A stretch of 64,000 bases of DNA, taken from Prorocentrum cordatum. Taxonomy: Eukaryota. The stretch spans positions 1 through 64,000 of the forward strand of contig CAUYUJ010000318.1 in the NCBI GenBank assembly GCA_963575745.1, read 5' to 3'. Position numbers and translations under genes: made by a program. Below the pieces are notes generated by a model that did not search any database, was not told where the DNA came from, and saw only the letters and a program-made list of their open reading frames with translations. Shown piece by piece: positions 36,396 to 48,961 of this stretch (position 1 is the first letter of the stretch; each line of letters opens with the position of its first letter).

Positions 36396-37654
36396 TGGGT
36401 GCCCGACGCGGAGAGCTGGCTTGCCAGCTACGAAGCCTCCGACGCCTGAGGCTGCCGCGGCGGCGCGCTCGGCTCCGGCCCGCTCGCGGCGTGGACGGCC
36501 GCAGGCGCGACCGCGGAGGTGAGCGCGGAGAGCGCGCTGCTGACGTTGCGGGCGGCGGGCGGGAACGGGGGGCGGCGGAAAGGCGCCGCGCTGGCGGCGC
36601 GCCCCCCCGCTGGCCAGCGCAGGCAGCGGGCCGGCCGCCGCGGGCGGCGTTTTTTTTCCGCGGCCCCAGATGGCAGCATTCGCCTGCCGGAGCTGCCGGG
36701 CGAAGGCTGCGCGACGGCGAGGTGTTGGATTGCGCCGGCTCGCGCGGTGGGCTTGCGCGCCAGCATTGGAGCGCAAGACGGGCGGCGCTGGCACACCTGG
36801 AGCGCTTTGGCGAGTCTTGCGCGCCCAGGAGGCGCGGGGATATGGGGGCGGCGCCGTGGGCGCGCGACGCGGCGAGGCTGCATATATCCCGCCAGCGCGC
36901 CCCGCAGGTTTTTTTCACAGCTCCCCCGCTCGGGCCCCCTGGCGTTCCCGCGGGCGTCCGAGAGCTCCCCCATGGCGCGCGGCGCCCTTGGCAGGGAGCT
37001 CCACCGAAGGCTCCAGCGGAAGGGGGCGCATGGCGCCTTTGGTCCACGTCGGCGCGCCCCATCGCGCTTTTCGCGCCCTTTCCACATGGTTGCGCCCTGG
37101 CGGGTTGGCTGCGAACCCAATTCGGAGTCACTAGTGGCCGGGGCGCCCCCTGGCGCGCTGCACGCTTGACTCCCGCCCCCTCCCTTCCCTCTTCTTCGTT
37201 GCGCCGGTTCGTTCACGCGTTTCTTGTTTCCCATCATGGCATCCTGCTATTTGTCGAGTTTCGCAGCGGTTTTCTTCGTTTGTCTGCGCTACTCTGGCTG
37301 AATTGTTCCCCGGCCATGTCCCTTCTAATGTGTCATTCCTGTTCGCGGACCTCCGTCACCTGGGCCCCCCACCTGGTTCGCAACTCGGACATCGCCAACG
37401 AATGTTGGGATGTCTCTAGGCACAACCTTGCCTTTCGTGTGCGCTGTTCCATGGCTGATTCGCTGCCCGATCCACTTGCGTTCCGCTCGTGGCAATCCTG
37501 CACCGTTCCAGCGCACTGTTCTTGGCACGTCGGAAACGAGAACCTGTGAAACTCTTGCAGTTTGGTTTCAACAATGTCCGTTGTGCAAAGGCGAGAGCTT
37601 CATTTTGAAAAAGGAACCGCCCACGGGATGGGAAGTGCTTGCGAGTTTTTGTTC

Positions 37655-37875
37655 ATTGCGCGCGGCGCTAATGCGAGAGCCACAAGTTGAAAACAACCCG
37701 CCCCAAACATGTAAATCTCTTGCATGTTTGTAATGCGCGCGGCGCTAAGGCGAGGGTCATATTTGGAAAACCACCCGCCCTCCATCGATGAAACCATTGC
37801 CAACTGTTTAGAACGAATGCGTGCGGCGCCAAAGACAGAGAGACATGTTGAAAACCACCCGCGCTCCACTTCCAA
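37655..37875. repeat. ~64-100-bp degenerate tandem repeat
   Basis: TGCGCGCGGCGCTAA...GAAAACCACCCGC occurs three times. Confidence 0.7.
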
Positions 37876-38489
37876 AGCTGCTGCCGATTCAATCAGTCGT
37901 GAGCGTGAAAATTATAAAGGGTGAAGAAACTTCAAACGAAACGCCCAGCCCGCCTTTTCGACAGGACTCGGGGTGCGACAGGGAAGAGTTACTCAGAAGG
38001 AAAGGAAAGGACTGGAGGAGGAGGAGGAGGAAAGGGAGGAGGAGCAAGAGGAAAAGGAGGAGGAGGAGGAGGAGGAGGAGTATGGACGAAGACGAGGACG
38101 AGGACGAGGAGGAAGAAGAGGATGAGGAGGAGGTCCAAAAAACAGAGCCCAGACGCCCTCCCATAATTTCCCCCCATTTGGCCAACTAACGTTTCTGACC
38201 CCTTCGGAGCCTCCACGGCCTGCCCCCCGCCGCTCAAACAGTTCCGGAGGTTGCCAAAAAGCGACCAGAGTGGCTTGACAGGCCGAAGACGCCCGAATGA
38301 GACGGTTCAGCATGCCCAGGAGACGTCCTCAGAAGGCTCCAACATGCTCCCCGAGAGAGTCACAGGAGGCCAGGATTGTTTCGTCCCACGGACCCATCCG
38401 TTGGCAGTCATGTACACTGCGCGGCGCGGGGCAATGCGGAATGATGGCTGCTGCGGTGCACGCGTGCACGGGTGCTCTGAATTCCTTGT

Positions 38490-39200
38490 GGGGCACGATC
38501 GGCGTGAAGGGTGTGCCACATAATTCGGATGCCCCCGCGTGAACACGTTCACTGCGGCCGCAGGTGGACCTCCAGGCACGACCCGTCCGAGGCATGTTCC
38601 GAACTGGGCGGGTCAACCTCATGCGAAGCTGCCCATTGGCGCCATAGGTGGAGCTCCTTCTGCGGCATGATTCGCGTGACGAGTGTGCCGACATGGGCGG
38701 AGGGCGTTGCGCGAACCTTTGTATTTGGGCCTTTAAGTGGCGTCCCTTGTGGGTCTGATCCGCGGCATGGGGTGTGCCGCAATGGCCAGGGGGGGTGCGC
38801 AGTGCGAACCCTGCCTCTGAGGCCGTAGGTGGAGACCCCTGTGTGCCACGATCCGTGTGGGAGGTGTGCCGAAGTAGACGGGGGGGCGGGCTGCGAACCT
38901 TGTCTCTGGGGTTGTCCCTGGAATTGTTTGCGGGCCACGATCCGTGTGAGAGGTGTGTCGAATTGAGCCGGGTGGCGCTATGAAGCTTCCCTTTGGTGCC
39001 ACAGATGCAGTTATTTGCGGTGCACGATCCGCCTGACGGGCGTGCCATTCTGCGAAGTTTGTCTTTGGGGACGTATGTGGAGTTTCCTTCGGGGGGCGAT
39101 CCTTGTGAGGGGTTGCCAACATGTTCGGGGGACGCGAAGCCAAGCCTGTCTCTGAAGCCGCAGGTGAAGCTCCCTGAGGGTCACGATCCGTATGACAATG
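38490..39200. repeat. ~60-bp degenerate minisatellite
   Basis: CACGATCCG...GTGTGCCG...TGCGAA(C/G)C units, about 10 copies. Confidence 0.75.
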
Positions 39201-39501
39201 GATGTCCTCCGATGCTGGACTAGAGCATGCTAGAACCCAAGCGCGCGAAGCGCGCGTGGTTCCAGTACACATCATGAAAATACAGGTTGAGCGAGAGTAA
39301 GAGAGAGAGAGAGAGAAAGAGCGAGAGAGAGAGAGAGCACAGAGCAACATGTGAGCGACAGGGAGAAAGAGAAGGGGGCGCCTGCGGACAGCGATGGGAC
39401 ATATCTGGGAATGGAATTGATTTAAACGCGCTTGTGATCGGCGATGTCGCGGGATCTGCGTATGATTGTGCACAGTTACCTGTGAGCAGAATCGCGGGCA
39501 G

Positions 39502-39570
39502 GCGCCGCTGTTCCACGGGCTCGCGGACGTGGCATTGGGCCAGGACCTCCTATGGACCTTCAAGCCGCAG
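39502..39570 (+). CDS. OPR/HPR protein exon 6 (APLFHGLADVALGQDLLWTFKPQ)
   Basis: CAG|GCG acceptor, CAG|GA donor. LFxxLA...FKPQ motif. Confidence 0.9.
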
Positions 39571-40560
39571 GAGCATTGCGCCCCGCGGACGGAGGAGGAT
39601 AACACAAACAGATGTGGCCAATCCTAGACCCCCTCGCATTGTGAGAAAGCAGTGGTTTGAGCTGTTGGCTATGTTCTGCCTCTTGGGACCTTCGCCGGGC
39701 CCCGGGACAGTCAAGCAGCTTTTGCCCCAGCACAGCACCCTGATAGCAGCAAAGGTGCATAGGCGTGCAGACGAGTAGGAGGTCGGCTACTGGGACAGCG
39801 GTGAGAGCACGGCCATACGGACCTTGTATTTCCCATCCTTCTTGTGTTGGGTTCTCGTTCTGGATAGAGCATTGTTCGTGCGTTTCCCTCCTCATCTTCC
39901 TCCTCCTGCCCTTTCCTCCTGCATCCTGCTTCCTTGCTTCCCTTCGTACGTTTCCTACTGGGGGGTTGCAAGCTGCTCAACTGATGCCAATTTCGTGGGC
40001 TCCGGGGAGGCACGGCGGAAGTGAGGGCAGCGCAGATCATTCGGGATCTCGCGGCTCCCTAGGGGCTGCGAGTTGCGCAAGTGTTGCCTGTAGCATGGGC
40101 TCTGCGGGGGCATGGCGAAGTTTCAGGCAGCGCAGACCATTCGGGACCTCGCTTTTATTTTTGGGGCTTGCGACATGCGCAAGCGTCGCCACGTTCGGAG
40201 GGTTCTGGGAGGCACGGCGGAGTCGAGGGCAGCCGGCAGCGCAGATCATTGGGGACCTCGCGTCTCCCTTGAAGGTCGTGAGCTGCGCCATTGTCGCCAT
40301 GCTCGCGGGTTCCTGGGAGGCACGGCAGAGGCGCAGCGCAGCTCATATGGGACCTCGGGGCTCCCGGGGCCCCCTCCTCCTCCTCCTCCTCCTCCTCCTC
40401 CTCCTCCTCCTCCTCCTCCTCCTCCTCCTTCTGCTTCTCGTCCTCCTCCTCCTTCCAAGCTGCGCAACTGCCGCCCTGCTTCTGGGAGGCCGAACGAGGG
40501 CGATGCCGGCGCAGATCCATTTGGGACCCCGAGGCTCCCGCAGGGGCCGAGGACTGCACC

Positions 40561-41048
40561 TCGGGCCGGACGAAAGGGGGGGGGATGGGGAGGAGGAGGA
40601 GGAGGAGGAGGAGGAGGAGGAGGAGGAGGAGGAGGACGAGGAGGAGGAGGAAGAGGAAGAGGAGGACGAGGAGGAGGAGGAGGCGGAGGAGGGATGGGGA
40701 AAAGGGGGGGGGTACGAAGTCTGCTGCAGGCAGCTGGTTTCGGCCCCACCGAGGGGCCCATTTAAAACGACGCGAAGATCGGGACAAAATCGGATCGGGA
40801 TAACTCGAAATCTCTGAGAATCGGCGGGTTTGGAGGATGTATTGGGCGCCGCGGCCGCTCCAGAGCGTGCCGGAACGCTCAGATAGCGCTCCGGAACGCT
40901 CTGGAGCGATTTATCCCGATCTTAGCCCTGTTTTACCATTCCTCGATACATGGCCGCCTCTCGGCGCCGGGAGGCGCCAGGAAAATCAGCTGCGTGAGCT
41001 GATTCTCAGACCCCCCCTTTGCTATCTGCCCCCTTTCGCCCGGCCAGA
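40561..41048 (+). mobile_element. TCGGG-terminus MITE copy, expanded by a GAG tract and interrupted by a nested MITE
   Basis: Homologous to 62380-62574 and 62764-62961. Confidence 0.8.
40763..40935 (+). mobile_element. 173-bp TAAAAC MITE nested in the TCGGG MITE, 5-bp TSD CCATT
   Basis: CCATT at 40758-40762 and 40936-40940. The empty site GTCCCATTCCTCGATAC is visible in the copy at about 62461. Confidence 0.92.
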
Positions 41049-41727
41049 TACACAACTTTCGCCTCGCTCGTGGGCTCCTTGGAGCAGGGCGGGGGTGAGG
41101 CCAGCGCAGGTCACTCTGCGACCTCGCGGATCCCTCGGGGTGTGCTAACTGCGTAGCTGTCGCCACTTTCGCCACTGTCTCATGGCGGTGCTACTCTCAC
41201 CAGTAGTTATTCCCCTTCCTGTGCTTCATTCTCCTTGTCCTCTTCCCCCCTCTTTCTCCCCTACTTCTGTCCGCCGTTCTATGTTGCGCAGGTGTGCGAC
41301 GTGCGCGGCACGACGTTGTTTCACGACGCCTTTCCGAGTGCCGCAAATGTTGCGATGTGCTCCTTGTGTATTTAGCGTTCATAGAAGCAGTCGCCTCGCG
41401 TGCAGAAGGGGTTGGGTACGTCTCAGTTAGTTTTTACACGGGACTCTGGCCCTCCGGACCAAACATGTGGTTCGCATTCCGGCGGGAGCACAATTGCGGA
41501 ACCGATTGCGAGGACGTCTCAGGCGAAACGGTTGCCGGGCCGGGCGGTCTTGAGCTCCCCGTCCCTCTCGTGGGACTCTTCTGTGGTCCTTTCCTGCCAC
41601 GAGTAGAACACCTTTGCGAAACGCAATTAGGGAGCTCTGGATGACGCGCTGGTCCCGGGGAGTGTGCCGAGACCTCCAGGGGTCGACGTGATGAAAAACA
41701 CATGACGTCGGGGTCTGGGATGATTCA

Positions 41728-42370
41728 TCCCGCGGTTGTTCCGTGCTTGTCCCGTGGCGGTCTTGAGGTTGTGCCGAAGTTGTCCAGTGTTCAGTGGTGT
41801 TGACCCGTAGTTCTCTTGTGGTCGTCCCGTGGTTGTCCCTTAGTTGTCCCGTGATTGCCCCACGATTGTCGCGTGGTTGATCTGGGGGTTTATGGTGGTT
41901 GCCCAGCCCTTGTCCCGTTTATGTCGCATTGTTGCCTGTAGTTGTCCCGCGGTTGCATTGTGGCTCCGTCCTGGTTGAGGGTAATGCGACCGATAGATAG
42001 TGAGATTGATAGGTAGGTGAATAGTGAGACCGATCTATAACTTGTGAGACCAATCTGTAGGTATGCCCAATTGATCGGTTGATCATAGTAGTCATCTGTG
42101 AGTGAAGGTACACGTTTCGAGATCGGCCCACCTACTGTAGTGAGGTCGGTCAATTGGTGGTGTGACCGACAGATCGTTAGAGCGAAAAACAGACGGTGTG
42201 ATCGATCGAGTGAATGATAGTGCAATCGGCAGAGGTCGATCGACGTTTTGATAGTGGCGACGGATCGACATATATATATAGTATGTACACAGGTGTGTGC
42301 ATGTATGCATGCATGCATGCATGTATGTATGTATGTATGTATGTATGTGTGTATGTATGTATGTATGTAG
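41728..42370. repeat. adjacent simple repeats: 11-bp GTTGTCCCGTG array, GATCGATAG-like array, (TATG)n
   Basis: Direct reading. Confidence 0.85.
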
Positions 42371-42851
42371 GTGTATATCGATATCGGTATATTGCGAATC
42401 CGATCCAACGCACATCGCAAATTGAACGTTGCACCCATCCCACCGGCCTCCGCACCCGGAATGGTGGTCCTGAGTGTGTGCTTGTCTGCTCGTCGGTGCC
42501 CCCTCCCATCACAGGATGTTAGCGTGTTCCCGCAATAACTCTGCCGTTGCCGTTCCTGCGGATGCAGGCAGCGGCCCGCGACGTAGGGTAGGGAGGAAGA
42601 TGGGGCGCATTGGAGCTGGTGTGTTGCTGGCTTCACGCTGCCGGCTTCCTGGTGCCTCGAGCGTTCATTAAACATTTGCGGCACGGGCCGACGAAGGACG
42701 CATTGTCTCCCCTAAACATTGTTCCCGTTGTTTCTAATGGAGTCTTCTCGCATGTAAGGGCACGTGCTGCTCTGCGGGTCATCCGAGCATGGCCCCCTGG
42801 TCTCTCAGCATATGTGCTCTCAATGCTGCGAGCATCGCCGCCCTCCGCCGT

Positions 42852-43005
42852 TCGGGCCGGATGCATGCAGCTGGTTTCGGCCCCACCGAGGGGCACATTC
42901 CTCGATACATGGCCGCCTCCGGCGCCGGGAGGCGACGGGAAAATCAGCTACGTGAGCTGATTCTCAAACCCCCCCTTTGCTATCCCCCCCTTTCGCCCTG
43001 CCCGA
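42852..43005 (+). mobile_element. internally deleted TCGGG MITE copy
   Basis: Shares GCAGCTGGTTTCGGCCCCACCGAGG...GAGCTGATTCTC...CCCTTTCGCCC with the other copies. Confidence 0.8.
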
Positions 43006-43624
43006 GCTGGGCTCCCCACGACATTGAATCAGTACCTGGTCTTCGTGATACTGACGCCACGTGTAAATGCCTTCCTGGCCAAGTCAGGGGTCCGTATACA
43101 CGGCTCCCAGGCCCAGGATGGGCCTGGGCAGCGGCGGTGGATATCGATAGTGATGTATATATATATATATACATATAGAGATACGTATAGATTTATACAT
43201 CGGGAGAGAGAAAGAGAGATTTCGTCGCCCTATTCTCATCTGTCCCTCTTGTTGACGGCCATGCCGCGTCGAGTGCACCAGATATCCTCCTGGTTTCCGA
43301 TGTGCAGGAGTCGTGCAGCTGAGGGCATGGGCACGTGCCGCGTAGTGTGCATCACTCACGTGGCACCTGCGTTTACCGCCAGAAGCTCGGAAGCGTTGGG
43401 GTGCTTGCCCGCCCTGGGGGGAGGAGGTGGAAAAGGAGGAGGAGAAGGAGGAGGAAGAGGAGGAACATGAGGTGTAGGATGAGGAGGGGGAGGAGGAAGA
43501 GGAGGAGGACGACGACGAGGACGCGGAGGAGGAGGAGGAGGAGGCACCTCCCTTCTCCTATTCCCTTCGCATGGGGAGCGGCGCGGGAGCGGTTCCTGCG
43601 GAGCCTGGGCGGGGCGCGCGCCAG

Positions 43625-43661
43625 GAGCTCTCGAACACGGTGTGGTCGTTCGCGACCGTAG
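43625..43661 (+). CDS. OPR/HPR protein exon 7 (ELSNTVWSFATV-G), 37 nt
   Basis: CCAG|GAG acceptor, TAG|GC donor. Confidence 0.9.
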
Positions 43662-43689
43662 GCGCGGCGACGCGGGTCGGAGGAGGGAC

Positions 43690-43828
43690 AGGTATCGATA
43701 TCGCTACCTTCCCCTCGTTTCTTTTTTTGGCTTCTGGGGTGGCCTTCGCAGCCACCGCTGGATTCGCTTCGAAATTGTGGTCAGAACGCACCCTGGGAGA
43801 GGTCCGGGGAGTTGCGATATCGGTACCT
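43690..43828. mobile_element. 139-bp MITE-like element
   Basis: 18-bp TIR (16/18) AGGTATCGATATCGCTAC. Confidence 0.6.
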
Positions 43829-44869
43829 TTTGGTTTTCCCTTTGGGGGCCCCTCGGGTTTGCCGCCGTCGTAGTCGTCGCGGGACCCTGCGATCGCGGCG
43901 CTGCAAATCTCTCACAGCAGGCACCCTTTCGCCAGGCTTCGGGCCCTGGGGTCATCACGGGTCGATCTGGTTCGAACCTGTGCAGCAGAAGGATGGGGTC
44001 CAGGGTTCCGGCCGTGATTTGTGTTCGCTGTGTGGCTTTTTTGTTCACGACGTCGGATCTCAGTGGAGTTTTCCTCCCCCAGCCGCAGGGGAGCAACGGA
44101 TACAGGCGCCGTGGTTCGGTCTGGAAAGCCCTCGCCGCCACGGCCGGATTCGATTCTCTTCGAACGTTTTGGCAGAACGCAACCCAGGAGAGGTCCAGGG
44201 GGTAGCGGTATATGGGCATTTGTCGGTGTCCCCACCCGGGTTCCATTCTGTCGTGACCAGCTCGGGACGGGAGGTTCTGGCCACTTTCGGGTCCTAAGGG
44301 GCCTCCTCTGCCGGGCCCCAGGGCAGTCGCGAAAAACGGGTCCCCATGAGAAGTTGGTGCCAAGAAGGGGTGTCGAAGTGTTCGGCGGGTCGCGTTTTGA
44401 AAATGCACGAAGGGAAAAGGGTTTGTGCCTTCTCGGAAATGGAGACCGGGAGGAGGAAGAGCCTGGGCAGGTGCGCAACCATTTTGGTTAAATTTCCGTA
44501 GCAGAAGGCTCAGGACCGCGAGCATATTTTGGCATTGGGGAGAGGCGGCCCTGGCTTCTTTCGCACTCCAGGTCAGAACGTTTCTGATACTGCACTGCGG
44601 TTTCATCCCGCATGCGCCGATGCGCTTGCGCATTTCTGCGTTAAGCTACTCTGTTGCTGCGATGGGCTGGTCTTGTCTCCCGCGTGGCCGCCACGACTAA
44701 GGAACACTGGTCCAATGAAACGGTCCCTGTTCGCAATGCAGTTGCGCCAAGCATGCAACCCCAGCCAACCACCGCGCACCGCACGGGTGGCAGTAGCAAC
44801 CGCTTCGAGGTGTGCGGGGCGCTGGCGGAGAGGCGCGCGCTGCACTGCTTGAAGAGTGGTCCGAGCGCG

Positions 44870-45840
44870 AGGCGCGCTCGCTGGCGGAGAGGCGCGCGGC
44901 CTTCCAGCACGCCGCGGGCGGCATAGACAGATGAGCCACGCGGCGGCTGCTGGTCAGCGTAGCGCTCGCGCCTGATGCTGCCGGGGCGTTCCGCGCCGTG
45001 CTCTCTGTGGATGTGGTAGCCGAGACTGGCCGCGAAGTGGGGTCAGCCAGCGGTGTGCCCCCACTGCCGCGCGGCGCCAGAGGACCCGGAGTACCGCTGT
45101 GGCAGCGCTCGCGCTAGGAGCCCACTATAAGGCCGCCCCCTTGGGGTTCGCGAGCGGGCACCGCGACGAGGTCCGCGCGAGGCTGCCGCTGGGGACCTCC
45201 CTCACGGGGCTGCCTCAGGACCTGCGGCTGGCGGCGCTCGCGGAACAAACCCGGCTGCCGCTGCCGCTGTTAAACCTGCTTGACTCGTAGAGTTCGCAGG
45301 CCGGCCGCAAGGCGCGTGATTGGACGGACGGAGCTTGCGCGCGCCCGGGCGACCCGGCGCTTGCGAAAGCGGGTTGGGGAGTCTGGTTGGTGGTGGCGGG
45401 CGCAACGGTTTTCGTCGAGCATAGTGGGCCACAGCGGGTGGAACTCACCGCGGCGGTGCGCGCGCGGAGCCTAGCAGGGGGGCTGGTTGACTTCGTCACG
45501 GGCCCCCGGTTCAGCCGCGGCGTGGCGGCCAGTCGCGACGGGGTTAACCCTGCGGAGTGGGCGCACGCAGATTTGTGGGAATGCGCGACCCCGCACTGTC
45601 GCAGCGGTGTCTTGCGCGCGCTGTGGGTGAAGGCGCACTTGGGCGCTGCAGCGGCTCGCGAGCGGGCTGTCTCCCTGGAGGACCATTCTGGTATCGCGGC
45701 CGCGGGCCGCCTGGCGAGCCACGCGGCGGGGGCCCGCTTGCCGGCTCGCGCGCTGTCCTTGGTGCGCTCAAGGGGGCTGCACGCGCTCGCTGCCGTGCAG
45801 CGGGTCATGGCAACCGTGGATTGGCCGTGCTGAAGGCCAT
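44870..45840 (+). mobile_element. 3' fragment of a second LINE family: post-RT zinc finger plus C-terminal RNase H (degenerate)
   Basis: GGIDR*ATRRLL, DAAGAFRAVL, CPHC...EDPEYR, ELTAAVRA, HADLWE, WVKAHL, EDHSGIAAAGRLA (G-N-x-x-A-D-x-L-A). Confidence 0.75.
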
Positions 45841-45946
45841 CCGCAGCGACGGCGCTCGCCGGCCCTGTGTGCGCTGGCTGGTGGCCCCAGGGCGCAGGCG
45901 GCGAGCGCGAGGGTGACGACGCTTGCGCCGGCGCTGTCGTCGGGCA

Positions 45947-45993
<47 letters not shown>

Positions 45994-47489
45994 AGTGGCG
46001 GCGGCGGCGGCGGCGGCGGCGACGGCCACCGCGACGGGGACGGCGATGGCGACGTCGCGCGCGGGGGGGGGACGGGAGCCCGGTTCGAACCAATGCCTTT
46101 GCAATTCACGAGAAGGGAGCACTCCCCCTGGTTCGACCCCCCCCTTGCGCCTTCGGGGGGAAAGGGGGGCCCCCTGGTTTGAATCCCCCCCTCGAGAGTG
46201 AGGGCCCCCCCCCAGTTGGACCCCCCCCCTTTGCAACTCAGATACGGGGCGGGGCCCCGCCACGGTGAAGGAGGCCGGTGTCCACGAAGGGCCCCCCCTT
46301 GCGTTTCTCTGAGGGCGCTCAATGTTTTGGGGGGGGCGCTCTCCGGTTCCAAAGTGTCAAAGTGCTTTCGAAGCAAGCGCCCGCGAAACGCGCCCTGTCC
46401 GAACAAAAAATGCGCGCAACAGTTGTTGTTTCTGTTCCGCTCCTCGGATGTGGCACGCCGCCTTCGATGCATTGCACTTGGTTTCCGCCGTGTTGGTCGC
46501 CCACCTTTCCCAGTGGTTGCAACCAGCTCCGAGGGTAACCAACAACACACATCAGGGGGCGGTGCACTGCCACTTCGGCAAGCTCAGATGAGGAGGCTCG
46601 CGTGGGCGAATACGAAGAGTTGTTCGCAGTCCGGGCGGCTAGAAGCTCAGGAGGCTGCAGAATCGGGACTCTTCCGCGGAATCGTATTTGAGTCGGAGAC
46701 GTTGCATGCACTGCCCTATCTAGATATCTAAACAAGTGTATAGCGTTGCCCCGGCCATCGGGGCAGAATTACAGTCATTGCGCCCTTGCAGATCATCAGG
46801 CAGGAGGTGTTCAGGAGGCGACACTGATTGGTTCATCTTCGTTGTATGATGCGGTCGTATGCAAACCCGTTCAGGATGTCTCGTCGCCGTCGTGTTCGCC
46901 ATGGTGGAATAGAACAACGCGCATCGCTTGACGCCGAGAGAGACAGCGGCCACACCTGGCAATGTTCGCAGGGTGCTGGTCGAGGGCAGAGGCGCAGGGG
47001 CCGGCACCGTCTCGCTTCCGTCCAGGAGGTGCCCGCGCAGATCCGAAGGAGGATGTGAGAGACCCGGAGATCTGACTGCGAAAACGGCAACACTGTGAAG
47101 CATCACGACCGGAGACAGCCGCGCCTTCGCGGTCTGGATTCCAGGGCGCGATCCTGCATCGCGGTCGTATGGATGCCGTTCCGCGCGGAGCATCCGACAG
47201 CAAAAACGCCCCGTGTCCACGGGGTCGCAGCCCAAGGCCCAGCCCGCGACGACCACGTTGCGATAACCCTCGAAATACGCAACATCGCAAAAAATCGAGG
47301 CTTGAGCCCAAGACCCCATCTGTCTGCTGCACTTCTCGAGCTGGCTCGATCTGTGATGGTCCTTGGGCTGGACACATTCCCAAAACGCCCAATGCGGAAC
47401 ATCTGCAACGTTTGAATCTCAGGTGAAGAGGATCGTAAGTTACGTTGCGCCCTCGGGAGGCCGCATCTGTCCGTGTCTTTCGTCGTGCC

Positions 47490-47605
47490 CGACGCGAGTT
47501 TGGTGCGGGCTTGGCGTGGACTCGGCGCAGACTCGGAGCGGATTCGGCGTGGATTCGGCGCGGATTCGGCGGGTCCGACGTGGATTCAATACGGATTCGA
47601 CGCAG
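47490..47605. repeat. 11-bp tandem repeat (GGATTCGGCGY)
   Basis: Direct reading. Confidence 0.85.
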
Positions 47606-47741
47606 AGAGGGACGCGACGAGACACAGTGTCCCCCGAAGCTGCAACAGAACGCGAGGAGAACTAGCCCAGCAGCTGGCCCGCCCGCCCGCGCACGCTGGC
47701 CCCCGTGGCCTCCCTGCGGAACCTCCTGCGGTGCGGCCCAG

Positions 47742-47790
47742 GCCTCCACCACGTCCCGCTCTGCACTGCCATGGTGGACGTCGTGATCAG
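47742..47790 (+). CDS. OPR/HPR protein exon 8 (GLHHVPLCTAMVDVVI-S)
   Basis: CCAG|GC acceptor in phase 1, CAG|GC donor in phase 2. Confidence 0.85.
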
Positions 47791-48559
47791 GCCCGCCGGA
47801 TCTGCCGAGCTGCGGGTCTCGGCAGTGCCCAACCAGTCGTCGTCGTCTACGTCGTCGTCTTTCTCGTGGTCTACGTCCTCGTCGTCGCAGTGGTCTTCGT
47901 CGTCGCCCCTCCCCAGTGGTCGTGGCCCTGAGGGCGTGGCGTCGTCGTCGTCGTCGTCGAACCAATCCCCATCCCCACTGGGCCGCGGAGTCTCAGTCCC
48001 ACGAGGTCACCCTTCCAGGGGGATGGGCCACGCGAAACCCGAAGGGAGCAGCATCTATGGTCCCGGGTCGAGGGTTCACAGGCCCTCCCCCCCAGATGAG
48101 AGGGGTTCCAGGGTTCCACATGCCTCCCCCCCTGATGGGATGGGGGAGCACTACGACGCCGGCGGAAGACGACGACGAGGAGGAGGACGACGACGATGGG
48201 AAGGGGGAGGCATTGGTGACTGCAAATCCTGTTTTTCATGAAGCTGCTACGCCACTAGCCGCAAGGTGCCCATGAAGTTCACTGGAGCACGCGTGCGTGA
48301 GCCACATCCCGGCTTGAGCGCTATAGCTTTGATCCGCTTTCTGCGCTGCGAAGGCAGCGTGGGGAGGGGAGGGGGGAGGGCAGAGGAGGGGACGGGGAAT
48401 GGACGAAGGGCAGCAGCAGCAGCAAGCAAACCCCAACGATCACTCAATCATGCCACGACGAAGTCGAAGCCATTCTCGGACAGTCCCTCAAGACAACCAG
48501 CAGGCCCCAAAGGACCCCCCAAAGATCGCCCTTCCTTGGGGTAAACGGACATTTCTAAC

Positions 48560-48875
48560 GCACTGGTTGTTGTCATGTGCGCCCCGATCAAAACGGCCCC
48601 AGAGTCCCCAGGGAGAGACCCAAAACGGCCGAAGAGGCCCCCCGGAGGGCCCCAAAACGGTCCAAGAGGGCCCCAAGAGGGCCCAAGGGGCACCCAGGAT
48701 CGTGCAAGACGGCCCCACGAGGGGCCGTGGGGGGTGGAATACGAACCCGCATGTCGAAGCCTCCGCCCCAAGAGGACCCCGAAGGCCGCCAGCATGCCCC
48801 TGAGGACCCCCCCGAGAAGGCCCACGGAAGCCAAAAGAGAGGCCCCGAAGAGGCCCCGGGAAGGTGCACCAGGGT
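48560..48875 (-). repeat. 10-11-bp periodic array, inverted orientation
   Basis: CCAAGAGGGCCC-type units. Another inverted array lies at about 58130-58450. Confidence 0.75.
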
Positions 48876-48961
48876 GCGTCAAACATGTTTTTCCAAGCGG
48901 CTGGCCAGAGACTTCCCCAGAGACGCGAACAGGCATTCAAGAGGTCTCACACCAACCAGGA

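Noticed and set aside
38490..39200. ~60-bp periodic region resembling a CRISPR array
   Set aside because: Whole units are degenerate homologues with no unique spacers, there are no cas genes, and the context is eukaryotic.
44473..44493. Degenerate SL-like sequence (15/21) upstream of the LINE fragment
   Set aside because: Too divergent and about 400 bp from recognisable coding sequence. It cannot be separated from chance.
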